DNA of 64,000 nucleotides from Cycas panzhihuaensis (GCA_023213395.1 CM041465.1:198159741-198223740); one strand, 5' to 3'; shown: positions 51,300 through 64,000, numbered from the stretch's first letter. The notes: generated by a model from the sequence alone, not told the origin. Numbers and translations: made by a program.

Positions 51300-54200
51300 G
51301 AGAGGGGGAGTGTACCCCTCTACTTTATCTTCATGGGTGTGAAGGTTTGGATGATCAAGATGGTGATTAATGGCCATCCTAGTGTTGTGGTAAGATAACC
51401 ACATCCTCAAATGATGAGATTCTTATACAAGTGAAAGAGGAGGTGGATTAGGGATTGGGGTATGATTATAAGGATTTAGTCTAAAAGAGGGGGGAATGTC
51501 AACAGAGGAAGGGATATCCTATGTCATGTTCAAATAATTAACTTGACATGGAGACTCGTCATATTCATCGTCAGACAAGGAGTCACTAAGGACCACCAAA
51601 TAACCATAACTTCTAACCCCTATATAAGAGAAACACACCAAACCATGGGAAGGGGGAGGAAGGGTTCCCTCATCATAAGGATGCACCTCATCCTTGAGTG
51701 GGTCATCCCGTTCCCCTATAGATCTAAAAATTACCTAGCATCGCTAGTGAGAAGGGTAATTAGGTGGAGGTTTACATGTTATGACTTTCATTTACCCTTG
51801 ATGGCTAAACTTAAGTTGCCCCTATCTTGAAGAGCACACTACTGCTATCTAATCAATCTAAGGCCACCATAGAAGGAGGTTGTAATTGAACTCAATGTCT
51901 AAAATGACCACATCTTCTTAGACTATTTTATCCCCCAAGGTCAAGGGAAGATTAACCATACCCAAAGGGGCTTTTTCGAACCCATCATACCATTGGAACC
52001 TCTAGGGAACTAGCTTGAGGGCTTTAATTCCTAACTCCCCAAGCATACAAAATGACATCACATTGACAAAAGATCAATTGTTGATAACATACCTCTTGAG
52101 GGTAACTTCAAGTGTTTTGATGGTAATGGTAAAAGGATAGTGCCAATATACTTATGTATCCTTTGAGGAAGGAAGATTGCATGGATCAAATATGATAAGG
52201 TTTGGCCCATGAGTAGAGGAGGTGCTAACCATATGAATTAGGGTATCGTTGAGCCCTAGGTCTTCTAACAGGAGTGCCCTTTGATTAAGACAACTCTTTA
52301 GCATGTCCATCATGGGCATCTCAGCTAAAATAGTATACAAATCCTAAATGATAGAGAATGCCTTCCCTTTCATAGTAGGTTAGGGAAGAGAACACCTAAA
52401 ATCATACCTACCCGAGTGCACATGAATAATCTTTAGGACTATAGGTATCTCAGTAGGAGGAGAGTCCCTTGAGGTTGTTGTTGTGATATAAAGGCTTCTA
52501 CAGCCTCCTTAGTAGCCTAGGACCTTGTGATGGGATACACTTGGGTGGTCTCAAGTAATTAAGGACTCTCTTGCCCTTGCTCATGGTTTGAGAGGAGGTA
52601 ATGGATTAGGTAATAGGAATCGATGGGGAGGAGTCATCGACGAGTTCCTTCCCCTTCGATTGATTAGTAGGAGGGGTCTAGGTTGGCCTTATATTCCTAT
52701 TTCATCTCATTGATTATTAAATAGGATGATTTTATTGTTCATAATTTAGGAAAAGATCTTAGTGCATAGGTTGTTCAAAGTTTAGTTTAGACTCACCCTG
52801 TGGAGATAGGTCATGAGGAGAGGCTAATTTTAGCTATTATGTCTAACACCTAAAATCATCATGGGTGCATTACCATGAACTGAGCACTACTTCTTTTTTG
52901 GTAGGGGCCTCACCCTCTTAGGTTGAGGTGCAAAATTTTCTTCGCTTTTGGCAGGAAGAGTCTAGGTAGTTTGGTGAACCTAATTATATCTATTTTGAGA
53001 TTGATATGGCTCCTATGATGCTTGAGTTGGTTGTAACTTCAAGTCATGCACCATTCACTCAAATGATGGGACAGTCAAAGTTAAGGGGTCTAAAGTCTTA
53101 TCATTCGAACTAACAGGAGGCTTTGACATTTATTAATGAGTTCCCCTATTCTCACATGAAGAAGGTAGTGCCTTATAATGTTCTAAATTCTTTGTGACCT
53201 TCTTGAGGCTAGCTTGGATCTTAATAGATTGAAGTGATAAGCACTTGGCAATGGAAGAATTGCAAGTAGTCACCCCCTTTTTGATAACCTGGGCATTAAC
53301 TTCAAGTCTTAGGGCATCAACAAAAATGTTCCTCTTCAATTCCTTAGGTAGCATGGCCTTGGAAGAATGGAGGTCATGGAATTACTACATGAAATCATGA
53401 TTCATTTCATCATGACCTTGCTTTAAGGACAACAATGCTTTAACTCCATTTTTGAAGGGATGAGCCACATTAAAATAGTTGACAAAACTATCAACTAATT
53501 ATTGTAGCATGGAAATTAAATATGATAGTAACTGGTAAAACCACTTCAAGGCATCACCTTGAAGTGAATAAGGGAAAAGCTTTATTAATATATAATCATA
53601 GGACCAATAATCGATGTATGCCATGGTAAAATCCCTAACATGATTGGTCAGGTCTTGAGAGGAAGTGCCATCAAATTTAGGCACTTTTGGGGGATGTGGG
53701 GGAAAGTTAGTTTAGAGGGCCCCAAATACAAGTAGGTTAGACCTATAATCTATGAAAGGTTGTCCTCTAGGTTGGGCCAATAGATTAGGAGGGGGATGGA
53801 AGGATCCTCCTTGCAGAAAGTCACTACTCATCTTAACTGTATGAGTAGGGGAAGGGTTGGGCAGATAGCCTTGATATGCAACATCTCTAAATTGGGATGA
53901 TTATGGGGGTGGTCCTTTAAGTTAAGAGGAGGAGTAGGAAGGGCATGGAGGAGGTCGAGAATGCCTAGGTCCACCCCTTATATATGGATAATGATGAGGT
54001 TGGGCATCGTAAGTTATACTACGAGGTGCAGATGGGTGAGAAAAGGGAAGGATTCCCTAGAGGGAAACATCTTATAAAGATGGAAATGTTGATTGAGTAG
54101 GGGGAGGAGGCAAAGGATTTTACCCAAATGGTCCCCTAATAGGTAGGGCTACTCCATAAGGGTGGAGTGGATCAACCCTATAAGTAAGAAGGGGGTTAGA

Positions 54201-54988
54201 ACCCCCATGCCTCTAGGGTAATGATGTGTAACCTAGGGGCATGTATAAAGAGGGATCTGGCATTCAAGGATATAGATGATTGAGAGGCATACTTGATTGC
54301 CCTAGGTAATGAGGATGAGTAGAAGTTATATGTAAAGGTAAGAGGTGTAATAAGGTGGGCGGATAAATGAAAGAATGAATAGGGGTTATGGTCACTTTAT
54401 TACATGGAGGAGGAGCATCGTGAATTGGCTCACCTTTGGTCAATAAAGATTGAGATGCATGAGCCACTAGAGTAGTATCAGATGAAATAGAAGGTAAAGT
54501 ATAAGCAACAAATGATAGAGGGATGGCTAGAGAAGTTGTAGAAGAAGTTGTAAGGAACTGTTACAACCACCTAGGAGGAGGTTGGCTAGTGACCGTTTCA
54601 AAATGCTTCCTCAATGCTTCAACTAAATTACTAGGAGTAGTATGATTAGGGTTAAGGGAGGCCAAAGGCTTTCTTTCATGACCAGGATAAGAAGGAAAAT
54701 CATTGGTTATATGTTCATGATGTAATGAAGGATCATGGAGATGGGTTTCCTCATGGGAATAAGAATAAGGATGAATAATATTCCCTTCTTCTTGAGGAGG
54801 GTCTCAATGAAAGGGGTTATCACCTATGTGGGCAAGACCGTGATAAGGGTAGGGGGCTTCACCTTGAGGTCAATCATGTGCATAGGGTTGGTTAGCCTAC
54901 CCTTTAAGATATTCCTTTATTAATGACTCTTGGTCACTCAAATCAATGAAGGTGTAGGAGGTAGGAATGTGTAAAGAAGGTAGTCCAT
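51300..54988 (-). pseudogene. gag-protease of C
   Basis: PKFDGTSSQDLTNHVRDF...KLFPYSLQGDALKWFYQL (53499-53684); NIFVDALRLEV; protease HYPFTITI...VINN*SFVNVM...YDG...FNYNLLL (~51870-52145). Limits are approximate. Confidence 0.87.
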
Positions 54989-55164
54989 GTAGATGACGTA
55001 AAATATGATAGATCCATATGTTTTAATAAGAAGAAAAGATCAAAATATAAGAAACTTCTTAAGATGAAAATAAAGAGTGGTCCTTGCTCCTACCAAAAGG
55101 ATGCCCTAAAGAAAGGAGAATAGAAAGGGAAGGGTTGTGATATAGAAAGTTCCCTACTCGTAAG

Positions 55165-55182
55165 TCCCTAATATGGTCACCA
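55165..55182 (-). promoter_or_regulatory. Primer-binding site of C
   Basis: Minus strand ...tttCA-c-TGGTGACCATATTAGGGA. Confidence 0.8.
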
Positions 55183-55183
55183 G

Positions 55184-57881
55184 TGAAACGATCCTAAGGC
55201 ATGGGAGAATCACTATTGTCAAAACCTAACAAATGAGCCTAGGGTAAATGTGGTAAGCTAAAAGGGAAGACAACACTCTATACACTACCTAAGGTGTTCA
55301 TGTACCTCTTAGATGCAAAAAATAGGGTAAGTGGCAACCACAAGAAGTAATTATACTACAACTTAAGGCAACCCAAATAAGAACAAACATATGGAGAAGG
55401 TTTCACTCCCTAATTTCTAAGGCATGTATAATGATCTAAAGAAAAGAAAGGTTAAATGGATGAATCAAACACCTTTGAGTCTCTTCTATCTAGTGTATGC
55501 AAAGGCAGTTTTAGCTAATAGGATGTTACACCCTATGAGTTCAAGAACCCATGATGTTATAATCTTTCCTTTGTTCTTAAATCTTGCATAAGAAAGGGAA
55601 AATAAGGATGGACCTATTTGCAATGTGTGTGGTAGGGATTTTGGTCGCTAGTTTAGCACTTTTGCTCCCTTTTTTTTATTGTTGTTTTTTTCATTTCATT
55701 TTATTTGTTGTATATTTCCCTTTTTTTAATTTTTGGAGGTTTGTCCTAAATGCAAGTAATAATATGTAAAAAGTAAGAGATGAAGAAGAATGATATTTGA
55801 AGAAACAAAATGAGAATGAAGGAAACCTTTACTTTTCTTTTTTTTGGGGAAAAAAAGAGGATTGAGTAAGATGAGAAAATAAAAGTGCAGAAAGGGGATG
55901 ATTAATTAAAGGGTGCCTCTTTATCTTCTTTCTTTTTTATCATTTCCTACTCCCTCAACCCCAATATCCTTCTTCTCTTCTTTTTTGTCTCTTATATCTT
56001 TTCTCTTTTGTTTTTTTGAAAATGAAGCGAAACCAAATCAAAGGTTGTGGTAAGGATAAGAAGAGAAGGGATGCATACCTGTGACAACGATGTTTGATGG
56101 AGATAAATATCATGTCCTCATTGGCCATATGACTAATTTGATGACGAATGTAGGGGGTTCACTTACCTCCCCTTGAGAGAAATTCGATAGCATTTCCTCT
56201 TACTGGTTTCCCTTATGATAAAAAGTTAGAAAGATATAAAATTGAAAAAAGAGATAAGAAACCCAAAGGAAACCTTAAATAAGAACCATTGCCACTTAGC
56301 TCTTCTATGGACGGTTGTAACCAACAATAATGGTAAGCTCCTTTATGCAAATCTTGTCAAACCAACAAGTATTCTTCCTTACTGCACATAGATTAGCTTT
56401 CTCTCGTAATGGCATACAACATGAATAAATATATCACTCAATAATGAGGCAACTAGTAATGTCATATAAATAATGAAATAAGAAAATACCACCTACAAAC
56501 TAGCAATCAAAAAATAAGAATAGTAAAGGAGATATGGTTAAGATCCTCAGAATGGCATTGTCTCTCCTATATCATTAGTTTCCTAAGCCTTACTTAGGAG
56601 ACCTCCCTATATGCTTGCACACTCATCCAACAAGCAGAATTGGATTTGATATATGGAGTAAGGAGGGTGAATATCATTAACATTTAACTTGGAATAACTC
56701 AATATTATGTAAAGAAAGTAAAGCATCAAGTAAAAATCTAAGCAATATCTAGTGGAGATAAGAAAAGAAATTAAGGAAACATTAGCCAACCTCAATCATC
56801 GAAACATCCTCACAACATGGTAGAGAATGTGATGGAAATGAGGAGAAAGATAACAAATCCTAGGCTTCAAAGTGGTGTACCATATCCCTTTGTTGGAGAA
56901 AAGTGGCCATTAGCTACACAGTAATCATTCCTCAAGGGCTCCTTCAACTACTACAGAAGCATCTCTCCAATCTTTATAATATTTACTAGATGAATCCCCA
57001 AATGCTAGCAAATCTAGCAAAATTTTGGTAGCATCTCCCCATCAATTTCTTCCTACAAATGATCACCCCTCTTCCCTCTAAAAAATATTTTGGTTTTTTA
57101 ACTGAAAACAAGGGTAAGGGGTGAGTGGTGTCCTACCCACAATGTGGGGGAAACCACTTTAGAAAACCAGGGATGAATTGAGAGGTTTAAGTAGAATGGG
57201 TGCTTTAAACAAGAAAAGTATAGGAAAAGTAGAAGATTTGGGGCTTGTTTTAGGCCTCAAATGTAGATATGAGTTGCCTAGACTAATAGGGTCTATCAAG
57301 GAGGTGATCTAGGTGCATTTATAGCAGACTAATAGTAATTAAAACTAAATTTGAGCACTATGAAAGTCATATCATGAATTCTTTAGTGATACTATAAAGA
57401 TATTCGTAGTACCATAAAGTTCTAAGAAGTATAATAATATATATAGAAATCAAAGTAGTGTGATATCAAAAAGGAGATTTTAACTTATTTTATTGAATAA
57501 TAGGCTATTAAGTCTAGGAATAAGGGTCTGTGGATGCTCATCTATCATTGATAGATGGAGACAAGGCAAAACAAGGCATAATGTGCAAAAATAATCAATC
57601 AAAATGAGGGAATGAGCTAGTTGCAAGTAGGGAGGTATCCATTTTCTAACTCTATAATACTAATGGAGAGACATAAGGACCATGGGCAATGTCCCGCTTA
57701 TCATTGATTGGAAATAGGGGACATGGCCTAATTGATCAAGCAAAAGTATCACACATCCATCCACCACATGAACCAAATGAATGTAAATGAAACAAAAAGG
57801 TAGCAAAAAGGATAGAAATTATACCTGCACTTACCATACTCAACTGATCATCCAAATCCCATTCCTAGAAGCTAAGAAACA
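55184..57881 (-). repeat. 5' LTR of C
   Basis: Minus strand starts TGTTTC at 57881 and ends CA at 55184. Confidence 0.88.
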
Positions 57882-57913
57882 ACACTTAACTTAAGGTGGT
57901 TCCTGATCAACCA

Positions 57914-58580
57914 TTTTGTATCCTATATAATTATAATTGGAAGTCTAATGTATGTTATGGTTTATACTCATCTAGATATTATTTATGCTGTGAGAGTTAT
58001 GAGAGCATACATATCAAATCTAGGTAAATAGTGATGGGTTATAACAAAGAGAATTATTAGGTATATATGAGGCATATCATAGTGTTAAATTTACTAGTAG
58101 GAAAGTCCTATGTAGAATAGAGTATTAGATTTTAGAGGTCTCATTGATGTAGGTTGGGTTAGAGATCTTAATAGTAAAAGATTTACAAGTGGTAATGTAT
58201 TTAACCTATTTGGTAGCATAGTCAATTATATGAGTAAGTAATAGCCAATTATTGACTCTCGAGAATAAAATCTACGTATGAGATAATTACTTGTGTAAAA
58301 TGAAGCAATTTGGCTTAAGAGATTATGCATAGATATTAGCTTTATACAAAAAGTAGTTAGGATAAATTATGATAGTTAAAGTATAATTTGTCTACTAAAG
58401 AAACCTACATTTCATGCATAGTGGAAACATATCAATGTGTAGTTTATTTTATTAGAGATATGGTAAGGAGTCATAAAGTGTACTTGCATAAGTAAATATA
58501 ACTTACTCATTAACCAAGGCAATTGGTTTAAAAAATTTTACTTGGTGTAGAAAAGTAATGGGTATTTCAAATTTTGGAAT
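57914..58580 (+). pseudogene. Second copy of the copia RT/RNase H remnant
   Basis: Same motifs as 40305-40914, plus the C-terminal SLTKAIG..F.WCR..MG that is deleted in the left copy. Confidence 0.85.
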
Positions 58581-61500
58581 TAAATTATTTATTTATAAAA
58601 GTTTTTTATAAAGTATTTAACAAATTTTGGCCTTCTTGGTCCTTAGGTATGGTTTTCTCTTTAGTTTTGCTTTGTATGCGTTGGCTTACTTTTTGTGATG
58701 TTATCATGTGTCACAAGTACCTATTCTAGGGCATTTATGATTAGGATCCACCATGCATCAAATTAAAAGCCTATTTACTTATACTATTAGCCACCATTTT
58801 GTTGTATATCTTGACTTGCTATTTGATATTTTTTTGCATTTTCTCAGTATATTTTCTACTTGAATTTTTCTATTGATTAGTTTTCTAGAATTTGATAATG
58901 TTGTCCCATCATATTAGTAAAGACCCTGTCAAATTTCTTCACAATATCCCATTATCATTGCATGGATCCTATCAAAAGTTCTATAGTGTGTAATATATGG
59001 TCAAAATTTATGATAGTGCAATCATAATACTTGATAGTATCATTAAATTTAGGGATGCAACCCTTGTAATTTTGACACTAATGTCCTAATTTTAATGATA
59101 TAAATTGTGTAATATCCCAAAATAGAAAATGTTTTAATTTTTGCTTTATTTTGCATTCTACTTTAGTTGTTTTAGTAGACCAAGCATGACATAGGGATTC
59201 TATAGGCATAATATGAATGCTTTCCTTACAAAAACCATATTTTAAGAGCTTTATATAATTCCATAAGCTCATGATATGGGAGTTTTGGGTAAAATCTTTG
59301 AATTGTTTGGTATTCTCTTGATTCTCTTGGTTTCTTTTACATTGTTACTCTCTTGTGAGGTTCTCTTTTTGTATGTGCAGGTATTGGATGCTTGATTGGA
59401 GGCTAATAAACAAGTTGTGGTTGTTTTCAACTAGTTGGAGAGAAATTTTTTAGTCCCTTTATGTCGCATCGCTTAGGGACTTTGCTTCATCCTTCTTGCT
59501 TGTTTAAATCATTTTTTTTTCTTCACTTATGGTTTTAAATTTTCATCAAATGTTGTTGGATCCCATTCAGGATTAACATCCTCTTATATTTGGTTTTAAA
59601 AGCAAATTAGTATATCTCTTATTTACTTGTTGTTTAGGAGCATGATTTTCCATGGATTTACTTACTTTACTTGATCAAGTGAGTTTTTTTATAGTTAGTC
59701 TTACTTGTATTTGCTTATGGATTTCTTTATTTCTTAGAAGCAGTTTAATTATTTACTTGAGGTTTGTTATTTTGTGGATTGTTAACATTCACAATAAGGC
59801 TACCAATCAAGGGTCTTCCTCCTAATTATAGAATTGTTAGGATGATATCCATTTACTTATAGTCAATAGGTTTTGTGTACTTGCTCTTTTCCTTACACCC
59901 CCTCTTGCATGCTAACATTACAAGTGGAGTAACTTGCCTTCCAAGCATGATTATCAAGTACTTGCCACCTTCGCATGTAGGTATAATAATATGATAATTT
60001 CTTCTCTTTTTTTGAATTTTAGAGTTTACATATTATATTTGATGCTTTAAAGTTACATTTTCCTCTTGAGATTTTCATTATGGTTTCTTGTAGTAAAGAG
60101 GACTTAATTAATGTTTTCTTTATGTAACCTTTAGATTTATGGTTTTGTTTGTCTTTTCCTTCTTACTTTACAAAGAGCTTTTCATAAGACCTAAATAAGA
60201 TTATCTTTACAAAAAAGAAGAAGAAGACACTTTTAAAGAAAAAACTAAAAAGATAAAAGATATAAAGCTAAAAAATAAGACCAAAAAGCTTCCTAAACTT
60301 ATATCATTTCATTTCAAGACTACTTGAAAATCTTGATTATTTTAGGTATGTCCATTAAAAAGAGGAAAGCCAAGTATAATTTCACTTAAATCTTAGAACC
60401 TCTAGTTCACTCATTTCTTTTAATAGGGTTACTTACCTAATCTTGTCAGTTTCATTTATGTAAATTGCTTGGTATAACTAGCTATAGGTAGATTTGTATT
60501 TTACCTAGTGTTGCTTATGTGGAGTATTATAGTTGCACCTCATTACTATATATGCTTAATTACATTTTGATAATACCACTATAATAACAATAACATTTGT
60601 GAAGAGTGTCATACTTGCATGCATAAAACTAGTCATTAAAATAATAGTAATCTGCTATCAATGTATTATATGAGAGGGGTTGAGGAGATATAAGGAGATA
60701 GACCCTCTTCACTTAGGTGGAGTTGTAAGGAGACTTATAAGGATTCTCAAGGATTTTAAGTAATGCCCTTAATCGAGAATCATCACTTTTGGCTAAGCAC
60801 ATTTAGTGATAAGCCAACATGTAAAGTGAGGTGTGATCAAGCACCAATTCCCAATCCATAGGGAAAAGTAGTTTAGCATATTAAGGGGTGTAGGAAAAGT
60901 ACTAGGATATTGTATGTTTCTTCTTATAATGCCTCTTATGTATTGTATTATTCATTGGATCAATTAATGACCCATTGTCACATGCTGTCTAGTTCTTGTT
61001 CTTTTACATCCTCTCTCTGCATAGGATGACTAGCTTATTTAGGCCCTCCTAAATCCTAAATAAAGATTTTTATGACCCTACTAGCGATGTGCTAAACCCA
61101 CTTTCTCTTTTGATCATATCACTACACTCTCTTAGTGACATTGTTACTTTGTCTTATTCCCTTGAGAGTCCTTCACATTCCTTCTTACCTTTCTTCTATT
61201 ACGTGGTCATATGTCCTTTAAGAGTCATTCATTATATAAGTATATTTCTCTTATCATTTGGTTAAGCATGATGTTCTTTAATTCACCATAGTAAATTAAA
61301 AAAAACACTTAACTTTTATGATGACTAGATGTTTCACTCAAATCTAAGTTCTTCCTCCTAAAGCATGTGATTTTATGTCTTTGCCCAAGTTCCATGAGAC
61401 TAAAAGCCTTATGGGATTCAGTTCATATGTCACTACAACCACTCACTCTCCTCCACCACCTCTTACTCACCCTTAACCCTCATTTACTCAATATGGTAGT

Positions 61501-61988
61501 GGGCCCTTTTGCTCATTAGATTTGGCCCATTTTAAGCTAGAATAATTACTTCTTAAAGAGTTTTCATGTATTTGCTATGTACCTCATGAGGAACCTAAGC
61601 TAACTTATTCCTAAGGCAATGTCTCATTTTCCATTGATACCTTCTTTGAATATCTTAGGTTGAGTTACCCCATCTAAGTAAGAAGTTATCATAGTTCATA
61701 TCAAGAGGCTACCCCTTCTACTTCCTACCCTATGTCCTCTACCCCTTTTGTTCCACCAACTTCCTAGCCTACTATGTTAAGTGCTCAACCTTTCAACCAC
61801 AAAGCTTCTACTTCTCTTGGTCATGTTCCTATACTTAGATATTCTAGTTTACTATAATCCCCTTTTAATTCATCTCATGGGGGCTCAATTATAATGAGCC
61901 TAATTAGTAGATAATTAAGGATTAATCAAGTTATTTATAGAAGAAGGTGACTATTTATTCCATAAGTCGCACCTTATATATTCATTGA

Positions 61989-62021
61989 TATATCTATCTA
62001 TCTATCTATCTATATATATAG

Positions 62022-62065
<44 letters not shown>

Positions 62066-62107
62066 CTGTGTCTGTGTGTGTGTGTGTGTGTATGTATGTA
62101 TATATAT
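61989..62107. repeat. Compound microsatellite (TATC)n-(TA)n-(TG)n
   Basis: Read directly; positional paralogue of 44309-44374. Confidence 0.95.
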
Positions 62108-62159
62108 GGCAATTATAACTTTTAATTATCAATTTAGTAATATATTAATCAATATATCA

Positions 62160-63784
62160 TGTGGATATATGGGTCTCATAACCATATCTACCACTTTTCT
62201 ATAAGCATGACTAGAGCATGTCACTTGAAGTGGAATTAGACAAGTTGCTTAGCATTTGAGTGATAAATAGGTTTAATATCTTTGAAGCCTCTCTAAATAC
62301 TATCATTCACTACAAAACTTCATCACCATTAACCTACTTAGGTGTAAATGCATGCAATATAACATTTATAATCACATTTTTAGGAAAAAGCTATTATCTC
62401 TATATGTATTATTGTAGCTATATTAGTCATGCCATCCTATATCTATCATCATCATTGTATTTAATCATCATCACTAACCCAAAACATCTATAGAAAAAAT
62501 ATATAAATATCACCAAACTAATGTCCATCTATGAGTGAGTGATAATCCAAATATGCGTAAGCTCCATACTAAGCATATTAGTATATAGAAATAGAATTTC
62601 CAATCTTTCATTATAGAGCTTCAAGCAGATACCTTTCCTATGTGGATGTCACCCTAGCACTCTACTAGGTATCAGTGGTTAAAAAGGCTATCAACCTAAG
62701 CCCAATAAATTATAGAAAGGCCTTTTAATACATTTACAGACAACTTTTACCCTTCTTTTCTTCTATTTGTAGAAATCCCTTATTTATCTTAATATTTTAG
62801 TCCCTTTTATCATTAAAACTATTATTTTTATACGTATTTTTCTCCATATTATTATGATAAATGCTAATTCATCTATGATTTTAGACCATCCTATGTTGAA
62901 ACGTGTCTTTCTCATGTTGTATTTGGTCTTCTAGAAACTTTATGATACTATAAAGCTTACCACATTGCTTTGAAGTTCTAAACTTTATAATACTTTTAAG
63001 AACTTTGTGAGATGATAGTAGGTGAACTAAGAAAGGGCCACACATTTTTAACATACAACTAATACACCTAACTACATTTCTATCTCAACAATAGGAAAAG
63101 ATCTTGGAGGAATCTACTATTTCCTACATAATACTTACTTATTCAATGCTTTATCATTAAGATTAAGCCAAATCCATCGGTGATTTGCCTTAATTTTGGC
63201 CTATAGTTTAGTTCTAAACCATGGGCCTAATACTACTCCATTTCACTTCACAACATCTATAAAATCCCCCTTTATTTTCACATGAGGGGGGGCTGGGGCA
63301 AGTTCATAGTTTTATGCTTCTAGAATGTTGTTGAATTTTCTATGGAATTCCATTTCTTCTTTATTTGTTTAATTGGATTCCACCTTTATCTTAGAGATTA
63401 GAGTCAAATTGTTGCTAAAGACCTATTGGATTAGAGCTATATACCATGAGTATTCCTCTTTGATCAAGAATTAGGGAAAAACCCTTATACTATTTGTATT
63501 CCTTTCCCATTTCTAATTATATTTGGTTTCTAGGTTTTTAATTATTTTTTAGTTTTTACTAAGTTTTCACTTTACATCCTTTATGAATTTCACTTTGATT
63601 TCTTAATGGAAGTGTATTATATGAAGAATAAAGGATGAGTAGAACTCTTTAAGCTTTAAAATTGGTGGCAACTTTGCCAATTTTGAGGATCTATTTCTTT
63701 TCTAACTTATTATTAATTTCAGTTTATAATTGCTTTTATTATTGCTAGATCTTAAAGATTTTCATAGCATGCATTAATCTAACA
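62160..63784 (+). mobile_element. Possible very degenerate gypsy pol tail with PPT (63284-63292) and a short LTR
   Basis: Weak motifs KWN*TSCLAFE, V(N)AC, IIITNPKHL, KPNKL*KGLL; GAGGGGGGG-c-TG at 63284-63295. Confidence 0.3.
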
Positions 63785-64000
63785 AGTGGAGGAGTACCTT
63801 AATATGTTTTATGTAGGTTGAAGATTTTAGAAGAAAATTAGAGATACCACCTTCTTCCCTCACTCTTCCCACCAACTTAATAGTACATATTACAAAACTA
63901 AGGTGCTGCCCAAATTGTTTTAGTAATATCTAAATGTATGAGATTGAAAACTTTATTTTAAACCCATTTTTTAGCACTTTGAATTATAAACAAAATTTTA

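Larger units (their letters stand above)
44508..57881 (-). mobile_element. Element C: non-autonomous Tat-type LTR retrotransposon; complete unit 44726-57881 plus PBS and ~200 bp of leader from a second unit
   Basis: 44508-47346 is collinear with ~54977-57881; two PBS, PPT, gag-PR, aRH; no RT/RH/INT motifs seen. Confidence 0.88.
57882..62240 (+). repeat. Right copy (X') of the segmental duplication: D-LTR tip, copia remnant, E LTR with decayed PBS, leader, microsatellite
   Basis: Collinear with 40273-44507. Confidence 0.92.

Overview
This is gene-free, AT-rich, CpG-depleted eukaryotic DNA, probably from a large plant genome (gymnosperm-like, by inference). It is almost entirely old, nested, decayed LTR retrotransposons; no intact host gene, RNA gene or CRISPR array is visible. 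The window is dominated by related Ty3/gypsy Tat-lineage elements that share the LTR start TGTTTC, a primer-binding site (PBS) close to TGGCGACCATACTGGGGA and a GGGG(G)CA-type polypurine tract (PPT). Element D (+, ~25111-40304) is the autonomous type: gag-PR-RT-RH-INT, then a free-standing archaeal-type RNase H (aRH) ORF and an antisense plant-mobile-domain (PMD) ORF. Elements B (-, 4476-25110) and C (-, ~44508-57881) are non-autonomous: they keep gag-PR and the aRH ORF (B also keeps the antisense PMD ORF) but have no RT, RH or INT. B and C are each head-to-tail partial tandems sharing a middle LTR, each has one precise end inside D-family LTR sequence and one ragged end, and C is flanked by a ~4.2-kb direct duplication. 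Also present: a chromovirus-type gag-PR-RT remnant, a copia RT/RNase H remnant (two copies), a 656-bp solo LTR with target-site duplication (TSD), further LTRs, tandem arrays and microsatellites. All coding regions are pseudogenised. Translations, boundaries and identities were worked out by eye, so internal domain limits are approximate.
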